NCBI RefSeq assembly: GCF_018350175.1
Contig: NC_058368.1
Location: 85,748,001 to 85,812,000, forward strand
Source: Felis catus
Taxonomy: Eukaryota
Direction of reading: 5' to 3'
Length of the DNA: 64,000 nt
Shown: one piece after another, positions 13,691 to 26,066 of the stretch
Position numbering within the stretch: position 1 is the stretch's first letter
Layout: each line of letters opens with the position of its first letter
Program-made: the position numbers and the translations under genes
Notes under the pieces: model-generated
Told to the model about the DNA's origin: nothing
Databases searched by the model: none
Seen by the model: the letters and a program-made list of their open reading frames with translations, nothing else

Positions 13691-14532
13691 AAAAAAAATG
13701 ATTTTTATGTATAGGTTTTTCTTTGTCTGTTGTTTTGTTCCTTGTCTTTCTAGAATATGTAGAAAAGAGAACATGAGTTCTGTTTTCTTTCCTGTTCTAA
13801 GGATTAAAGATCACTTAATACCTAGTTTTTACAGAATCACTTATGTCAAAATTAATTTCTTATATTTACTTCATCTTAAATTGGTCTGAATCTCATGTCT
13901 TTGGCCATATACCCCTAGGTCAAAAGTAAGGCAAGGTGAATAATCTTGTACGGTAGCTGCCTAGTAATTAACTTCCCCATGAGACTTTCAATTAAGCTCT
14001 ATGTGACCTCAGGACAATCATGTGTAGGGAGGACTTCCTAAGAGAGTTACTAAGTACTCATACCTATGAAAGGATATCAATGGTTTTGGAATTCGGAGGA
14101 AACCCTTGAGGAATCCCCCAAAATCCTCCCCAGAAGAAAAAGTGAGAATTTGAGCATCCCACACAGATGAGTCTCATGTGAGACTAGTTTTTCTCCTTCC
14201 TTTCCACAAACCCACACTCTGCTCCACCTTTAGCTTTCTTTCCTGAAGGAACCACAATATTCATGGGAGGAGAGAGGAGGTAGGAAACCTGAGGCAGATG
14301 GGGCAAAGGGCATGGTATGGCCTGTAGAGTTTAATACTCAAAATCGACATGGAAAAATAATTCTGGGAAATGTATTTGAAATGGTAATAGTGACTGAATC
14401 AGGTTGTTTCTTGTATAAACTTAATGATTTTCAAGTTATTCTACATACTAGTTATAAAGGCAGGTATAATTATGTGTACTGTAGTCACATTTGGTCAAAT
14501 AACTAATAAATAGCTATTTTGAAAATGTACTT

Positions 14533-14570
14533 TTTTTAAATTTTCTTTTTAATGTTTATTTATTTTTGAC

Positions 14571-14618
<48 letters not shown>

Positions 14619-14784
14619 AGTGGAGGAGGGGCAGAGAGAGAGAGGGAGACACAGAATCTGAAACAGGCTCCAGGCTCTTAGCTATCAGCACAGAGCCCAA
14701 CACAGGGCTCAAACTCATGGACAGTGAGATCATGACCTGAGCTGAAGTTGGACGCTTAACTGACTGAGCCACCCAGGGGCCCCA
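14533..14784 (-). mobile_element. Can-SINE, intermediate felid type
   Basis: SINE body with (GA)n; aaaatgtactt TSD on both sides. Confidence 0.93.
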
Positions 14785-17358
14785 AAAATGTACTTATTTA
14801 AATGAATTTGCTATTCCAAGAAACATACTGTATTATTATCTACTTAAGAAACTTCTCAAGAAAGAACTTGTGAACACTTTTGCTGACTCTTTTCTGAAAT
14901 ACTCAAATCAATAGATTATCATGATGTGGTTGAGGGTAAAAACCATTGAATTCCAATTGATCCTAAGTCTGCAGCCATCAAGAGTTCATTCTGGAGGGCA
15001 AATCTTCAGTAAATTCAGATTAATGTAAGATATATGTGGGAGGTTTCCAAGATTGTTCAACTAAACATCCTATGGTTTGGAACATTTTAATGTGTAGTTC
15101 AGGAAACCATCTCCTTATTTGTAAAACTCCAAGACCCATGTCCGAGTTTTTATGGTTGGCCAAAATAAAGGATCTATTGCTTAGGCTGAGTACCTAAGGA
15201 AACCACCACATTAATGTATGGTAAGCCAAAGCAAACCACCGCTCTGAGGAAGTCCTCATTTCTCAGTTTTTTTTCCCCTCCTTCATTTTCTTCATATCCT
15301 CTTTCAACTATTATAAGTGAAATGTGATAGAATGAAGTCCTGAAGGCTAGTTTCATACTATACTCTTATGCTAGAAAGAATGGGTGGAAGTTGTAGCTCC
15401 TTGGCACCTATTTTTTCAACTTCAAGACCTCATCCAAAAGAGACTCTAATATCCTGTTTTAAATCCATATAATCACATTTACAAATCAAATAGTATTTTT
15501 TGGTTTGTGTTTATTACTGTTATTATTAACATTATTATTGTGAAAATAAGTATCTCTGTGTCAGAGATATATACTGGATCATCAAGTCTTTGGTCTTAAG
15601 GTCTCTGTTTTAAAGTCAAGACCAAGTACTAGGACAGATTTTCCATGAATAAGGATAGGAGGACAAGTTATAACATACTTTTATTTTGTTTATTTCTTTA
15701 TATAGGGAAAATAGAAAAAGAGAATGGTAAGCAATATTTATATTTGACTGAAGCAGTCTTTGAACATTCCACACTTGATGTTCTTTAATTATTATTTAAA
15801 ACACAAAATCCGGACACCCCATTTATGAACTAAATATGTTTAGACACAACTAAAATATCTTTCTGCTATTTTCTTAAAAAAATGAACATAAGTATTCATA
15901 AGACAGGGAAGCTTATAGGCATAAATGGAGAAGAATAAGATGCATCAGCTTGTGCTTTTAAGGCTGGAACTCAGGTCTTAACATCTGCCCTATTCGTTGA
16001 AGGCCATCATCTCCTGTGCATATAGTAATTAACTACCTATTTTATACTCAGTGCTTAAGAAACACTGAGGAGTAAAGACTCTCTTTCTCTATGGAAGTTG
16101 CTATCTTAAGACAGATGCAAATTCCACAAGTAAATAATAAATGTAAAACAAATATTCTAATAGTGTTATGGAAGAGGGCTCATGATGCCATGAACACATA
16201 CAATAGTGAGATTGTACTTAGTCACGGGGTTGTGAATTTGCTGAAAAAGCTCAATGCAGAAGAGGCTAGTGCTATTGAAGAGGACAGGTAGGTCAAAGAG
16301 AGGACTACCATGTGTAAAGGAGAAAGCACAACATGTGTTAAACTCTGGGGATAGGGGAGTGAGCCCCTGCTTCCATGAGAGGAGACAATATTAGCCAGGT
16401 TACTCTGGTTCAGAAAACCCAGACAAGATTATAGGATAGGCAAAGACTGGGAAATGCAACATCTCTTTACCATTATAAGAATTTTGAATGCCACCCAAGA
16501 AACAGAATTTTGAATATTATCTAAGAAAATCAGGAAATCTTAGAAATGTTAAACAAACCAACAAAAGAAGATGCAATGTCAAAATTTTATTTTCAAAAAT
16601 TTATTTATTTCTGAAGGTAAAGAACAGATTATATGGTGAGTGGTTAAAAAAAAGAAAAACTAGGGAGAATCCCTCTGAGATATACACTCAGCTAAATAAA
16701 CAGGCCTCAAAAGTCTGTACATGCTTACTTATTTCCTATTTCTGGTTAGTCTTTAAGGCCAGCAATTGCATATATTATGTAGTTATTATATAAGTCTAAA
16801 AGTCTCTTTAATTAAAAAGAAAAAAAATCCTGGGTAAATTGGCAATTTAATGAAAGAGAAAAATTCTGTGTAAAATCTGTGGTTGCATTTTGATTCTGAG
16901 ATTCTTGGTCTGGAAGCCTATGCCATAGTGTCTGCAGTTTTGTCCCTGCTTTACCTGACTTTGGAATCCTATTAAGATTTAGATTTTCGGTGTGACAGAC
17001 TTTCTCCTTTAAGGAAAGTTGTTGATCAAACCTAAAAGTGCTCTGAAATGGTCTATATAACATAAACCCACTCTCATTGAAATCAGAATTAACCATAGAT
17101 TAATCCAAACCTAAAAACCACTACGCATAAATTTATTACATTTCCAATATTTCTTCTCAACTAATTTTCCCAAAATTGAATTAATACTTCTTTGAAGTAA
17201 AGAAAACTTGAATTCATGTCACAAAGAGTGCCAACACACAACTTTACTCTTATTAAAAAAAAAAAATAAGTGATACATGGAAGAATGAAAGCATTTATGT
17301 ATAGTTACCAAAGGTAGGTTAGTCATGAAGGACATATCCTGACAAGAAAATGTATTTG

Positions 17359-17400
17359 TCATCATCATCATCATCATCATCATTATCATTATCACCATAA
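17359..17400. repeat. (CAT)n microsatellite
   Basis: tcatcatcatcatcatcatcatcattatcattatc. Confidence 0.9.
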
Positions 17401-17947
17401 TCGTCAACAACAGTCTACATTTAATTATTATAGTTTTTTATACCAAAGATATTGTGCTGTACAATGATAATACATAGGGGAATATGAAGCACATATTCTT
17501 TCCTTCATGTGGTCAACATTAAAACACAAATAAAAATTATTAAAGTAATATGATGTCAAAGAACTAGGAAAAACTATCAAAGAGGAGGTAGACAAAAGGC
17601 ATATCATAACCAACCTGCCACTTTTAGAATTTAATCTTTATCCTATGAATGGTGAAAGCACCTGAGAAATTTTGAGTAGGTATGTATCCTAAAGATTATA
17701 AGATTGATATTTTAGAAAGACTGCATTAAAGAATCCACTAATGTGTGTAGGAGTGGGCATTGGGAGAACAGTATAGTGGCTGTCCCTCTTTCTGGCCTAT
17801 CCAAATGGATACATTCATTTTTTCCCTGAGATGATAAGAAAATTCAACACTTAATATCAGTAATTCATCAACTCTCTTAATATTAGTGATCTTTTCAATT
17901 ACCTAAACGTCGGATAATTGGAACCAGGCACTCAGTGACACTTGGCC

Positions 17948-17952
17948 AAAAA

Positions 17953-17991
<39 letters not shown>

Positions 17992-17992
17992 A
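17948..17992. repeat. (AAAT)n microsatellite
   Basis: About 10 tandem aaat units. Confidence 0.95.
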
Positions 17993-18701
17993 TTCCATTC
18001 TCTGCTTTTAATTTGTTGCTTTGACTTTGGGCTGTATACTCACAAACTACACTTTTACTTTACCTGCTTTTTGGTCCAAAGTCATTTTTCTGCATGCCAC
18101 TTGTCTTTTATTCCCTTTTTGTAAGATCATTTCAGGGATGGGATTTATAAATGAGCAATAGTTTTTGTGTGTGTGCATGTGTGTGTATGTGTGCGTGTGT
18201 GTATGTGTGTATGTGTGTATGTGTCTTTGTGGTTTTTTTTTCTTTTATCAGAGTAAGGGAATAATCAGTACCTCACTGTACAAAAAAGAACTAGTTTATT
18301 AAATTTTATTTACAAGAAGGTAAATCACTCATTCACTGAAATATGCAATAGAAGAGTGCTTATTTTCATGGAAAAAATTACAATTTATTTTGATATAAGA
18401 ATAAATTGTGAAAAACATGTATTAGATTATTCCTTTTGTTATTGTGGGGTAAAACTATTCTGGATATTTAGATGATGAAAATATGACAAGATTTATTAAA
18501 GGGGGTAAAACTGGGCAATAGAAACCTCATGGGATATTTTTTCTTGGATTTTTAAAAAATACATTAACACATTTTTGTAATAAGTTATGTTTATAATTAT
18601 ACATAAAGAAAATAATACTTGCCAAAGTTAGCAGGAATGCCCTTGGTGACCCTTCTTGTTCTTAAAGTACCTGCATTTTATAATGTTGTTTCAATTGGCA
18701 G

Positions 18702-18796
18702 ACAGCTTCTCGATGTCTCTGTGGATGGAGATACTATGTCATATTTGTTGGAAGGTTTTTTTTTTCCAATTAAATTAGGAATGTCATGAATAAAAG
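18702..18796 (+). pseudogene. Degenerate transmembrane exon of the BTN-like pseudogene
   Basis: ttgtttcaattggcag| acceptor; phase-1 start reads (D)SFSMSLWMEIL, like the S/P-W-M start of BTN TM exons; ends ATA AAA G|gtaata. It is 95 nt long with a frameshift and stops. Confidence 0.5.
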
Positions 18797-19094
18797 GTAA
18801 TAAACAGTACTTGTGGATGTATTAGATAAGTTAAATACCAGATGATGAATGCAGAATTTTGTATTTTTTTCACATTAGCTCAATTATCCAGCATGTTGTA
18901 GATAACAATGTCATCCTAACTTAAGATACTTTCTTGATCACACAGATCATCCTTGGTAAAGATATTATTTTGTTATAGTTTGCTTTTTATAATTGAGTTG
19001 TATGTGTTCTTCATATATTTTGTATATTAACTCTTTTATCATGATTTGCAAAAATTTTCTACCATTCTGTATGTTGTCTTTTCACTTTACTGAT

Positions 19095-19387
19095 TTCCCT
19101 CAGTTCTGGAAGCTGTGAAATCCAAGGTCAAGGCACCAGTAGATCTGGTGTCCAAGGGTCCACTTCCTGGTTTGCCAATGGCCATGTTCTCACTGTTCTC
19201 TCACATGACAGAAAGCTGAGAGCAAGAACAAATTCTCATGTCTCTTCTTATGAGAGACTAATACTATTCATGAGGGCTCCACTGTAATGACTTAATTACT
19301 TTCCAAAGACTTCATGTCCAAATATTATTACATTGGGGTTAGAATTTTAACATATGAATTTTGTAGAAAGAAATTCAGTCTATAACA
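19095..19387 (-). mobile_element. MLT1A-like MaLR LTR fragment
   Basis: cagttctggaagctgtgaaatccaaggtcaagg...attcatgagggctcc...acattggggttagaattttaacatatgaatttt...tcagtctataaca. Confidence 0.85.
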
Positions 19388-20370
19388 TGACATTAGAGGC
19401 ATGGTAGTCAAAAACTTTCTTGGTGACATATTTTTAAAATATAAAACCTAGTAAAATGGTTACAGAATTTTATATTTGTTGAATTACTAGGAAATACCTA
19501 TGTACTACAATAACAGGACACTACCTTGAAAGAGACCTGAGCTTTCTACCTCCCCTACCTCCACCTCCATGCCCAACAACTTGTGCAAAGGAATAAAGAA
19601 AAAAAAAAAAGGACAGTGATGAGGACAAAGAGAAATAAAAGAGAAAAATAATAGAAAACAAATATGAATAAAAACCAAAAAATGAAGGGCATAGTACTAT
19701 GCACCATTGGTGAGGGTGGAAGATTGGAATTTTGTGATGTGGCAGGACAGTTTTAATATCAGTTGCAGATGGGTGTATTTCAATGTCCTTCTAAGATTTG
19801 TACATATATGTATGTATGTTTGTGTATGATTTTATGTTGTATGTATTTCTACAACTCTAGACTTAACCGGGTACTTCTATCCTGTAAAATCATACATAAA
19901 AAGTGAAAAATTCACAATACACTCAAATTCTTTCTTAATATGTTAATTATATTAGGACAAATTTGCAATTTGAAAACAAGCAATATTGCAGAACTAATTG
20001 CATTTAGTTTTAATTCCTCCAGTGCAGAGAAATAGAAATGATATTCAAACCTCACTGTTGCTTTCAGTGCTAGCTTCTTAATATTTACACTTTCTGGAGA
20101 GGACAGTATGTAGGAGTCCATATGCTTAAAGCAAACTCCTCAGGAGAGGCTATTTCTGGGCAAAAATTTGCTTTATGGTCCTTCGAATTATGCTAACACA
20201 AAGAGAACCAATAAGTTTTTAACCATTATTTATTTTCGATATCTGTAACTTACATCCAACCATTGTCTTTTTTCCTTACCTCAATGATTTACATGTGTAA
20301 GTATTAGACAGTCTAGTTAACAATTCCTAACCAACTTCCCGCAACGATTTGTCACTGTTTTGCATTGTAA

Positions 20371-20391
20371 GAAAGCTTCATAAAGAACCTG
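20371..20391 (+). pseudogene. 21-nt heptad micro-exon (xKLHKEPx)
   Basis: GA AAG CTT CAT AAA GAA CCT G followed by a gtaagt donor. The acceptor reads ttgcattgtaa, i.e. AG apparently lost; a cryptic AG 1 nt later would give 20 nt. Confidence 0.75.
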
Positions 20392-20493
20392 GTAAGTAAA
20401 ATATCTCTGTGAAGATAGAAATGCAAATATATTTTTAAAAAAGATATATAAATATATTTCAAAGCAATCTCTCACTACCTCCCACTCTTTCAG

Positions 20494-20520
20494 AAAGGAT
20501 AAAACTCCAGGGAGAAGAAG
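20494..20520 (+). pseudogene. 27-nt micro-exon (ERIKLQGEE)
   Basis: cctcccactctttcag|AAAGGATAAAACTCCAGGGAGAAGAAG|gtgagt: canonical splice sites, phase 1-1, open. Confidence 0.85.
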
Positions 20521-20723
20521 GTGAGTAATGAAAATGGCCACCTCTAGCCCCCACTCGTGCAGCTGTGTTTTGACCACTCATCACTTTCCTGTTGTATTCA
20601 CTGTTAAATCTTGGTTCATAGATAGAGAGATATCTATATATACATATTATACATGTTATAATATATACATAATATACATATTATGATAGATAATATATAT
20701 TATATTAATAATATTAATTTTAG

Positions 20724-20750
20724 GGTTGAAATTTGCTCACCGCTATGCAG
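20724..20750 (+). pseudogene. 27-nt micro-exon preceding B30.2 (GLKFAHRYA)
   Basis: aattttag|GGTTGAAATTTGCTCACCGCTATGCAG|gtagct; ends in YA, like the KYA/KHA end of the BTNL pre-B30.2 exon. Confidence 0.85.
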
Positions 20751-21694
20751 GTAGCTAGAGAGTGAAGTATTTGGGTAGTTATTCTTATTTTTAGCCAGCA
20801 CATTAGGATGCCAGACAAGGGAGACTTACACTCAGAAACTCACACATAACACCCGCCCCCCCCCCCCACACACACATATTTTTTTTTCTTCAGAACTTCC
20901 ACTTTGTCACTCTTATTTTTGAGTAGTTTATAGCTACAGCTCCTTATATATCACAAATGCTGTTGCTCTCTGAGGTTTAGTAATAGAGGGAAGCAGAATA
21001 TTATAACCCAAAATGACATCATTAAAAATGCTTTTCAGAACAAGAAATGAGTTGGGGGATGATTCTAGGTGGTAGCTTAGAGAGAATGGGGTAAAGAAGG
21101 TTGCCTCTCTTCTATGTTAGGATGGAGGCTAGTGACACAAAATGACAGTAATTGCCTATGGATCACAATCAGTGGTCCATCAATTACTTTATCAAATTAA
21201 AAACTCCTACCTCCTTTAAAGATACCTTTTGACTTTTAACAAATTGTCAACTTTATGACCTCTTTTTAATATTAGGAACAATAACAATTTGGGTTACATT
21301 TTCCAGCTTTGTATTATTTCAAACAAAGTGTTTTCATTTAATTTACAAAAATAAAGTGAGAAGAATAAAAGTCAGGTATTAACACATTGTTTTTATAAAG
21401 AAATATGTGATAAGTGTTCCTAGGAGATTTCTCCAGTTTATATAAATACTTGACATAATATTCACATTCATTAGAGAACTAAAGAAGCACATTTACTAAT
21501 TGAAAAAAAGTCAGCCTAGATATTAGATATTGGTTTAAAAAATGCCCCTGAGCAATTGAGTTGCAGTGACTTTAAGGGTACATAATTCTATATTTACAGT
21601 GCTAACATATCAGAGTCTTTAGTTATTTTATAGTACATTAATAGTAGTGAATTTTCTTTGTGGTTACGCTGATACAAATAAAAATTAGTTTTAC

Positions 21695-21925
21695 GGGGGC
21701 GCCTGGGTGGCTCAGTGGGTTAAGCGTGCAACTTCAGCTCAGTTCATGATCTCCCAGTCCGTGAGTTTCAGCCCCGCGTCGGGCTCTGTGCTGACAGCTC
21801 AGAGCCTGGAGCCTGTTTTGGATTCTGTGTCTCCCTCTCTCTCTCTCTCTCTGACCCTCCCCCGTTTCATGCTCTGTCTCTCTCTGTCTCAAAAATAAAT
21901 AAACGTTAAAAAAATTAAAAAAAAT
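21695..21925 (+). mobile_element. Can-SINE, intermediate felid type, in the last intron of the pseudogene
   Basis: ggggcgcctgggtggctcag head, CT tract, A-tail; tagttttac TSD core. Confidence 0.95.
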
Positions 21926-22199
21926 AGTTTTACTTACAACTATGAGAACTTAATTCATAACAGCAACACTTTTAGCCTATATTAACAGAATCCTATGTAA
22001 TTTGGTGAATATCTGGATCATTTTTGGATTGTGTGTTTATATGCTTTCAACATTTTAAAATTTATGTTTGGATTCTTGTGTATGTGAAAATATGTACCCA
22101 TGTGAAAGCAATTTTAGGAAAAGAAATGGAGAAAATCTGGTTAAACTTCATGAAGTCATTTAGGGCAAATTTTAAATTGTCAAAGCATTCAGATTTAAA

Positions 22200-22490
22200 G
22201 TAAATATATTTTATATATACATATATGCTGATATGTAAATTATAATTATTAAATTATTATAATAAAATTATAAATATAATATATAAAATATAAATACTTA
22301 ATACTTAAATTATAAGTATTATTAAATTATAATTTAAATTGTATTTTAATTATATTTACTTTAATTATATTTTAATTATATTTTAAAATTAATTAATTTT
22401 AAATTAAAATACATTTTAATTTAATATTTTAATTATATTTTAATTTAAATTATAATTTAAATTATACACAAACACACACACACACAAACT
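22200..22490. repeat. AT-rich low-complexity tract with short palindromes
   Basis: Almost pure A/T; includes the 24-bp palindrome taatttaaattataatttaaatta at 22441-22464. Confidence 0.9.
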
Positions 22491-22967
22491 GTTTTTCATT
22501 AATTCATGAATTGAATCAGAGATCTGGACTTTAATCCAAACATCGATGTATATTAGTAATCATAGTTGGACAATTTCCCTTAATCTGTGCTGTCTCAACT
22601 ACAAAATGAAAATATATCTCCCATTGCCTTGCTATGAAAATTATTTATAAATATGCTTCAAACAACATGAGGCACATAAGTGTTCATACTACATTGGCCA
22701 TATTCATAAGTCATTTTGAATAGAAAATATCTGCATGTTTAGATACTATTTTTTCTATTCTGAATAAATACTCATTATCGAGTTCTCAACTGTGTGAGTT
22801 AATAAATTGAGGTGATATAAATAGTATGAGATGAGGGAAAGGATCCACTTCATTTGAAGAAAGCTAAAGAAAGATCCTAGATAGAGGAAGGACTCTTGTA
22901 TATTATGTTAATTATTGTTGATGATCATTGATCATAGCCAAGACTGACAACCTGTTTTTCCATGTAA

Positions 22968-23536
22968 AATGTTACCTTGGATCCAGACAGAGATCTTTCA
23001 AATCTCCAAATTGCTGAAGACAAGAAAAGTGTGAAAGGAAGTGAAATCTTTCAGGAAGTACCCAAATGTAGGCAGCAGTTTGATAACCAGGTCTGTGTAT
23101 TGGGTGAACAAATTTTTTTTTCAAAGGTAGACACTATTGGAAATTGAGTGTGAAAAAGAAAATAAAATGGACTATAGGCATTTGTGAGGATTCTGTTTGC
23201 AGATGAGGAGAAATCATGGTGTCCCCAGAGACTGGGTTCTGGACACTATGCTTGAATAGAAGTAATAACTACCAAGCACTTGCAAATCTACAGATAATAC
23301 TCCACCTTGAGGAATCTCCTGATATAACTGGTATCTTCCTGGACTGTAAGGCTGGAAGGGTGTCCTTTTATAATGTGACCAACCTGTCTCACATGTAAAC
23401 CTATAGAAAGTTCTTCACAAAGCCCCTCAGGCCATCCTTTTGTCCTGGCCCCCTCTACAATGGTCAACATAGACATCCACTCACCATTCTGCCACTAAGT
23501 AATATTGAAAAGCCAGGAAGAAGATGTTCTTTGTGA
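22968..23536 (+). pseudogene. B30.2 (PRY-SPRY) terminal exon, disrupted
   Basis: NVTLDPDRDLSNLQIAEDKKSV...[15 protein letters not shown] [frameshift near T9 run 23113-23121] [40 protein letters not shown]...GIFLDCKAGRVSFYNVTNLSHM*TYRKFFTKPLRPSFCPGP...PLTILP. Stops at 23204 and 23396. Branch-point-like ctgac and a pyrimidine tract lie upstream; AATAAA at 23784. Confidence 0.95.
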
Positions 23537-23574
23537 CTGAGGAAGAGTTGCTCTATTTTGAAAATTTGAGAATT

Positions 23575-23742
23575 TATATATGTAGTTTATAGTTTTATAT
23601 ATAGATATATATATATAGTTATATGTATAGTTATATATAGTTATATATATAATTATATATATAGTTATACACATAGTTATATACATAGTTATATATATAG
23701 TTATATACAGTTTTATATATATAGTTATATAATATATAAATA
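23575..23742. repeat. (TATAGTTATA)-type low-complexity repeat
   Basis: Repeated tatagttata / tatata units. Confidence 0.9.
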
Positions 23743-24103
23743 TTTTCTTTTAGAATGACTAGAAGTATGTACTTCTTCCATCAAATAAATCTAAAAATCA
23801 TTTTGGTGTCATAATTTATACATTTTTTATTATTCCAGTTCCCAATATGTCCATTTGCTAATAGACAGGAATTATTTGATTTGAATTACATGCTGTTGAA
23901 TTTACTTGATGACAATTCAAGTTCATAGAACATAAATACAAAAGCAAAAGCAAGTATCTTACTTGTGCAATTGGTGAAAGAAAGTTAAAACTCAGGTGTT
24001 CCCTGATGGGTATGATTTCTCCTTCATTAATGTTTTGACATGGAAGAGGACCTGGAGTCTATTCTGCATCATCAGGAAATTGGCTGGAGCCCATACCTTT
24101 TTA

Positions 24104-24324
24104 TTTTTTTTTAATTTTTTTTCAACGTTTATTTATTTTTGGGACAGAGAGAGACAGAGCATGAACGGGGGAGGGGCAGAGAGAGAGGGAGACACAGAAT
24201 CGGAAACAGCTCCAGGCTCTGAGCCATCAGCCCAGAGCCTGACGCGGGGCTCGAACTCCCGGACCGCGAGATCGTGACCTGGCTGAAGTCGGACGCTTAA
24301 CCGACTGCGCCACCCAGGCGCCCC
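24104..24324 (-). mobile_element. Very young felid Can-SINE (SINEC_Fc-like)
   Basis: CpG-rich intact body; perfect 17-bp TSD gagcccataccttttta at 24087-24103 and 24325-24341. Confidence 0.97.
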
Positions 24325-25151
24325 GAGCCCATACCTTTTTAATTTTGCCTAAGCCTAGAAGAGCATGATGACTTTGATAAGAGATTTATCAACCTGGCCT
24401 ATGTACTCTTTACTACAAAAATATCTTCAAGTGAATATGACTTCCAGCCACTTGTTTCTTTACCTTTTCACCTCTATGCTGTTTTGAAGTTTAAATGACC
24501 TCATCTCCAACTTAATTTGGTATAACAGTATCATTTATTCGTCTACTCAACAAATGCAAAATACAAAAGTATTGCATATGTGTTTTAGATATCCATTAAC
24601 TACAACACTGTAACTTGTCTATCTGTAACTGTTACTATGTATCTGGTACTGACAATAAACAGATAAACACTGACAAATAGTTACTAATTTCAAAATAGTG
24701 TGTGGGAAAGGCTAAATGTATTCAGATATAGAATGATAGTGAGTGGGTTCACTTCAATCTTGTCATCAGGAAAACTCTCACTGAGAAAGTGATGCATAAA
24801 AAATGGACATTTCCACATGCACAGCTGGAAAGATTCAATTCAAGACAACATTCAAAATGCAGAAAGAGTGGGCCTGGGTGAGAGAGTAGAAGACCTATGG
24901 GGCTCAGATGATGTTGGGACAGAATGGTTTTAAATTAGGTAGAGGCAATTAGCTGAAGCAACACGACAGGCTGAATGAACTGAGATAGATTTTCTTTCTA
25001 CCACAAACAGATTTTTTGGGTTTATTATATTTAAATGTTATTTAAATATTTAACATATAAGTAAAGAAATGTTAAAATGAAAATGTTCAGCAAAAAATAA
25101 AATTTAGTAAAATACTCCAAAAGAATAGCAATCTTATTGTCAAAGATTATT

Positions 25152-25357
25152 TAATTTATTATATATACACATATATTGAAACAGAGAGAGTGAATGGGGG
25201 AGAGTAAAGGAGAGACGGAGCAAGAGGAGATCCCAAGCAAGTTCCACACTAGCAGCATGGACCCGATGTGGGGCTCGAACTCACAAACTCACAGATCATG
25301 ACCTGAGCTGAAACCAAGAGTTGGACACTTAACTGACTGAGGCAACCAGGTGCCCCA
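25152..25357 (-). mobile_element. Can-SINE, older feliform type
   Basis: SINE head ends ccaggtgcccc; diverged TSD tgtcaaagattattt / tgtcataggttattt. Confidence 0.9.
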
Positions 25358-26025
25358 TGTCATAGGTTATTTTAGAAGAGGTGCACTAAATCTAGTTACA
25401 TGAATCTAACTGCTCATGGGCATGGAATACTTAATAGAGTCAAGAGAGAACATGAAGTTTAGGGAAAGTTCTGTATGTATATTCTAAGTTATTGTCCCAG
25501 AAAATTGAGGAGATAGTATGGTTGCCTGCACCTCACTTAAAACATATGGGAAAAAGTTAAGAGGTTGATCTGCCTCGAGAAATGTAAAAAACTCGGTGGA
25601 CCTATGCTTCCTTCTTTCTTAGATATTGAAAGTGAGAGAAGGGCCAGTAGTTTCTCTGTAGTGTGATGGAGGAGTGCGGCATTGCATGACATGTGCACTT
25701 AGGGCCTTTCTGGGTGAAGATCTCTTGTTTTCTGAAGGCTAGACTATGGTTCATGCAAAAGAACTCCTCTGGGATGCTGCCTGCAGTAGAAAATACATAT
25801 TAGTGGAAATCAGATTGCATATCACAAGATGCCTGATGGCTCAGAAAGGATCATGACAAGCCAAAATACAGACATGTTTCACCTTCAAGTTAACAGTAGG
25901 ACAAAGATCCTTAGCTATTTGAGGGTCTTTGAAGAACTAAGGAGGGGAAAATGAGCTTGAAATGCTTTCTCCATGTAGCTCATTTCAGTAATGATGAAGT
26001 AAAAACTTTCTCATTCTTGTTACAA

Positions 26026-26066
<41 letters not shown>

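Larger units (their letters stand above)
18702..23536 (+). pseudogene. Unprocessed butyrophilin-family (BTN/BTNL/ERMAP-type) pseudogene, 3' half
   Basis: Colinear TM-like exon, three phase-1 micro-exons (21, 27, 27 nt) and a terminal B30.2 exon. Joined they read ...xKLHKEP-ERIKLQGEE-GLKFAHRYA-xNVTLDPD... Confidence 0.85.

Noticed and set aside
14975..15220. ctgcag|...|gtaagc segment as the missing Ig exon
   Set aside because: No Ig cysteine/tryptophan spacing in any frame, stops are present, and the acceptor lacks a pyrimidine tract.
20276..20302. Possible fourth heptad micro-exon (CTC AAT GAT TTA CAT G... before gtaagt)
   Set aside because: A pyrimidine tract and donor are present, but there is no AG and length and phase do not fit without assuming indels. 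Plausible but unsupported.
22968..23536. Calling the SPRY relic a TRIM gene or a processed pseudogene
   Set aside because: No RING or B-box exon was seen, and the upstream intron signals and BTN-type micro-exons point to an unprocessed butyrophilin-family gene.
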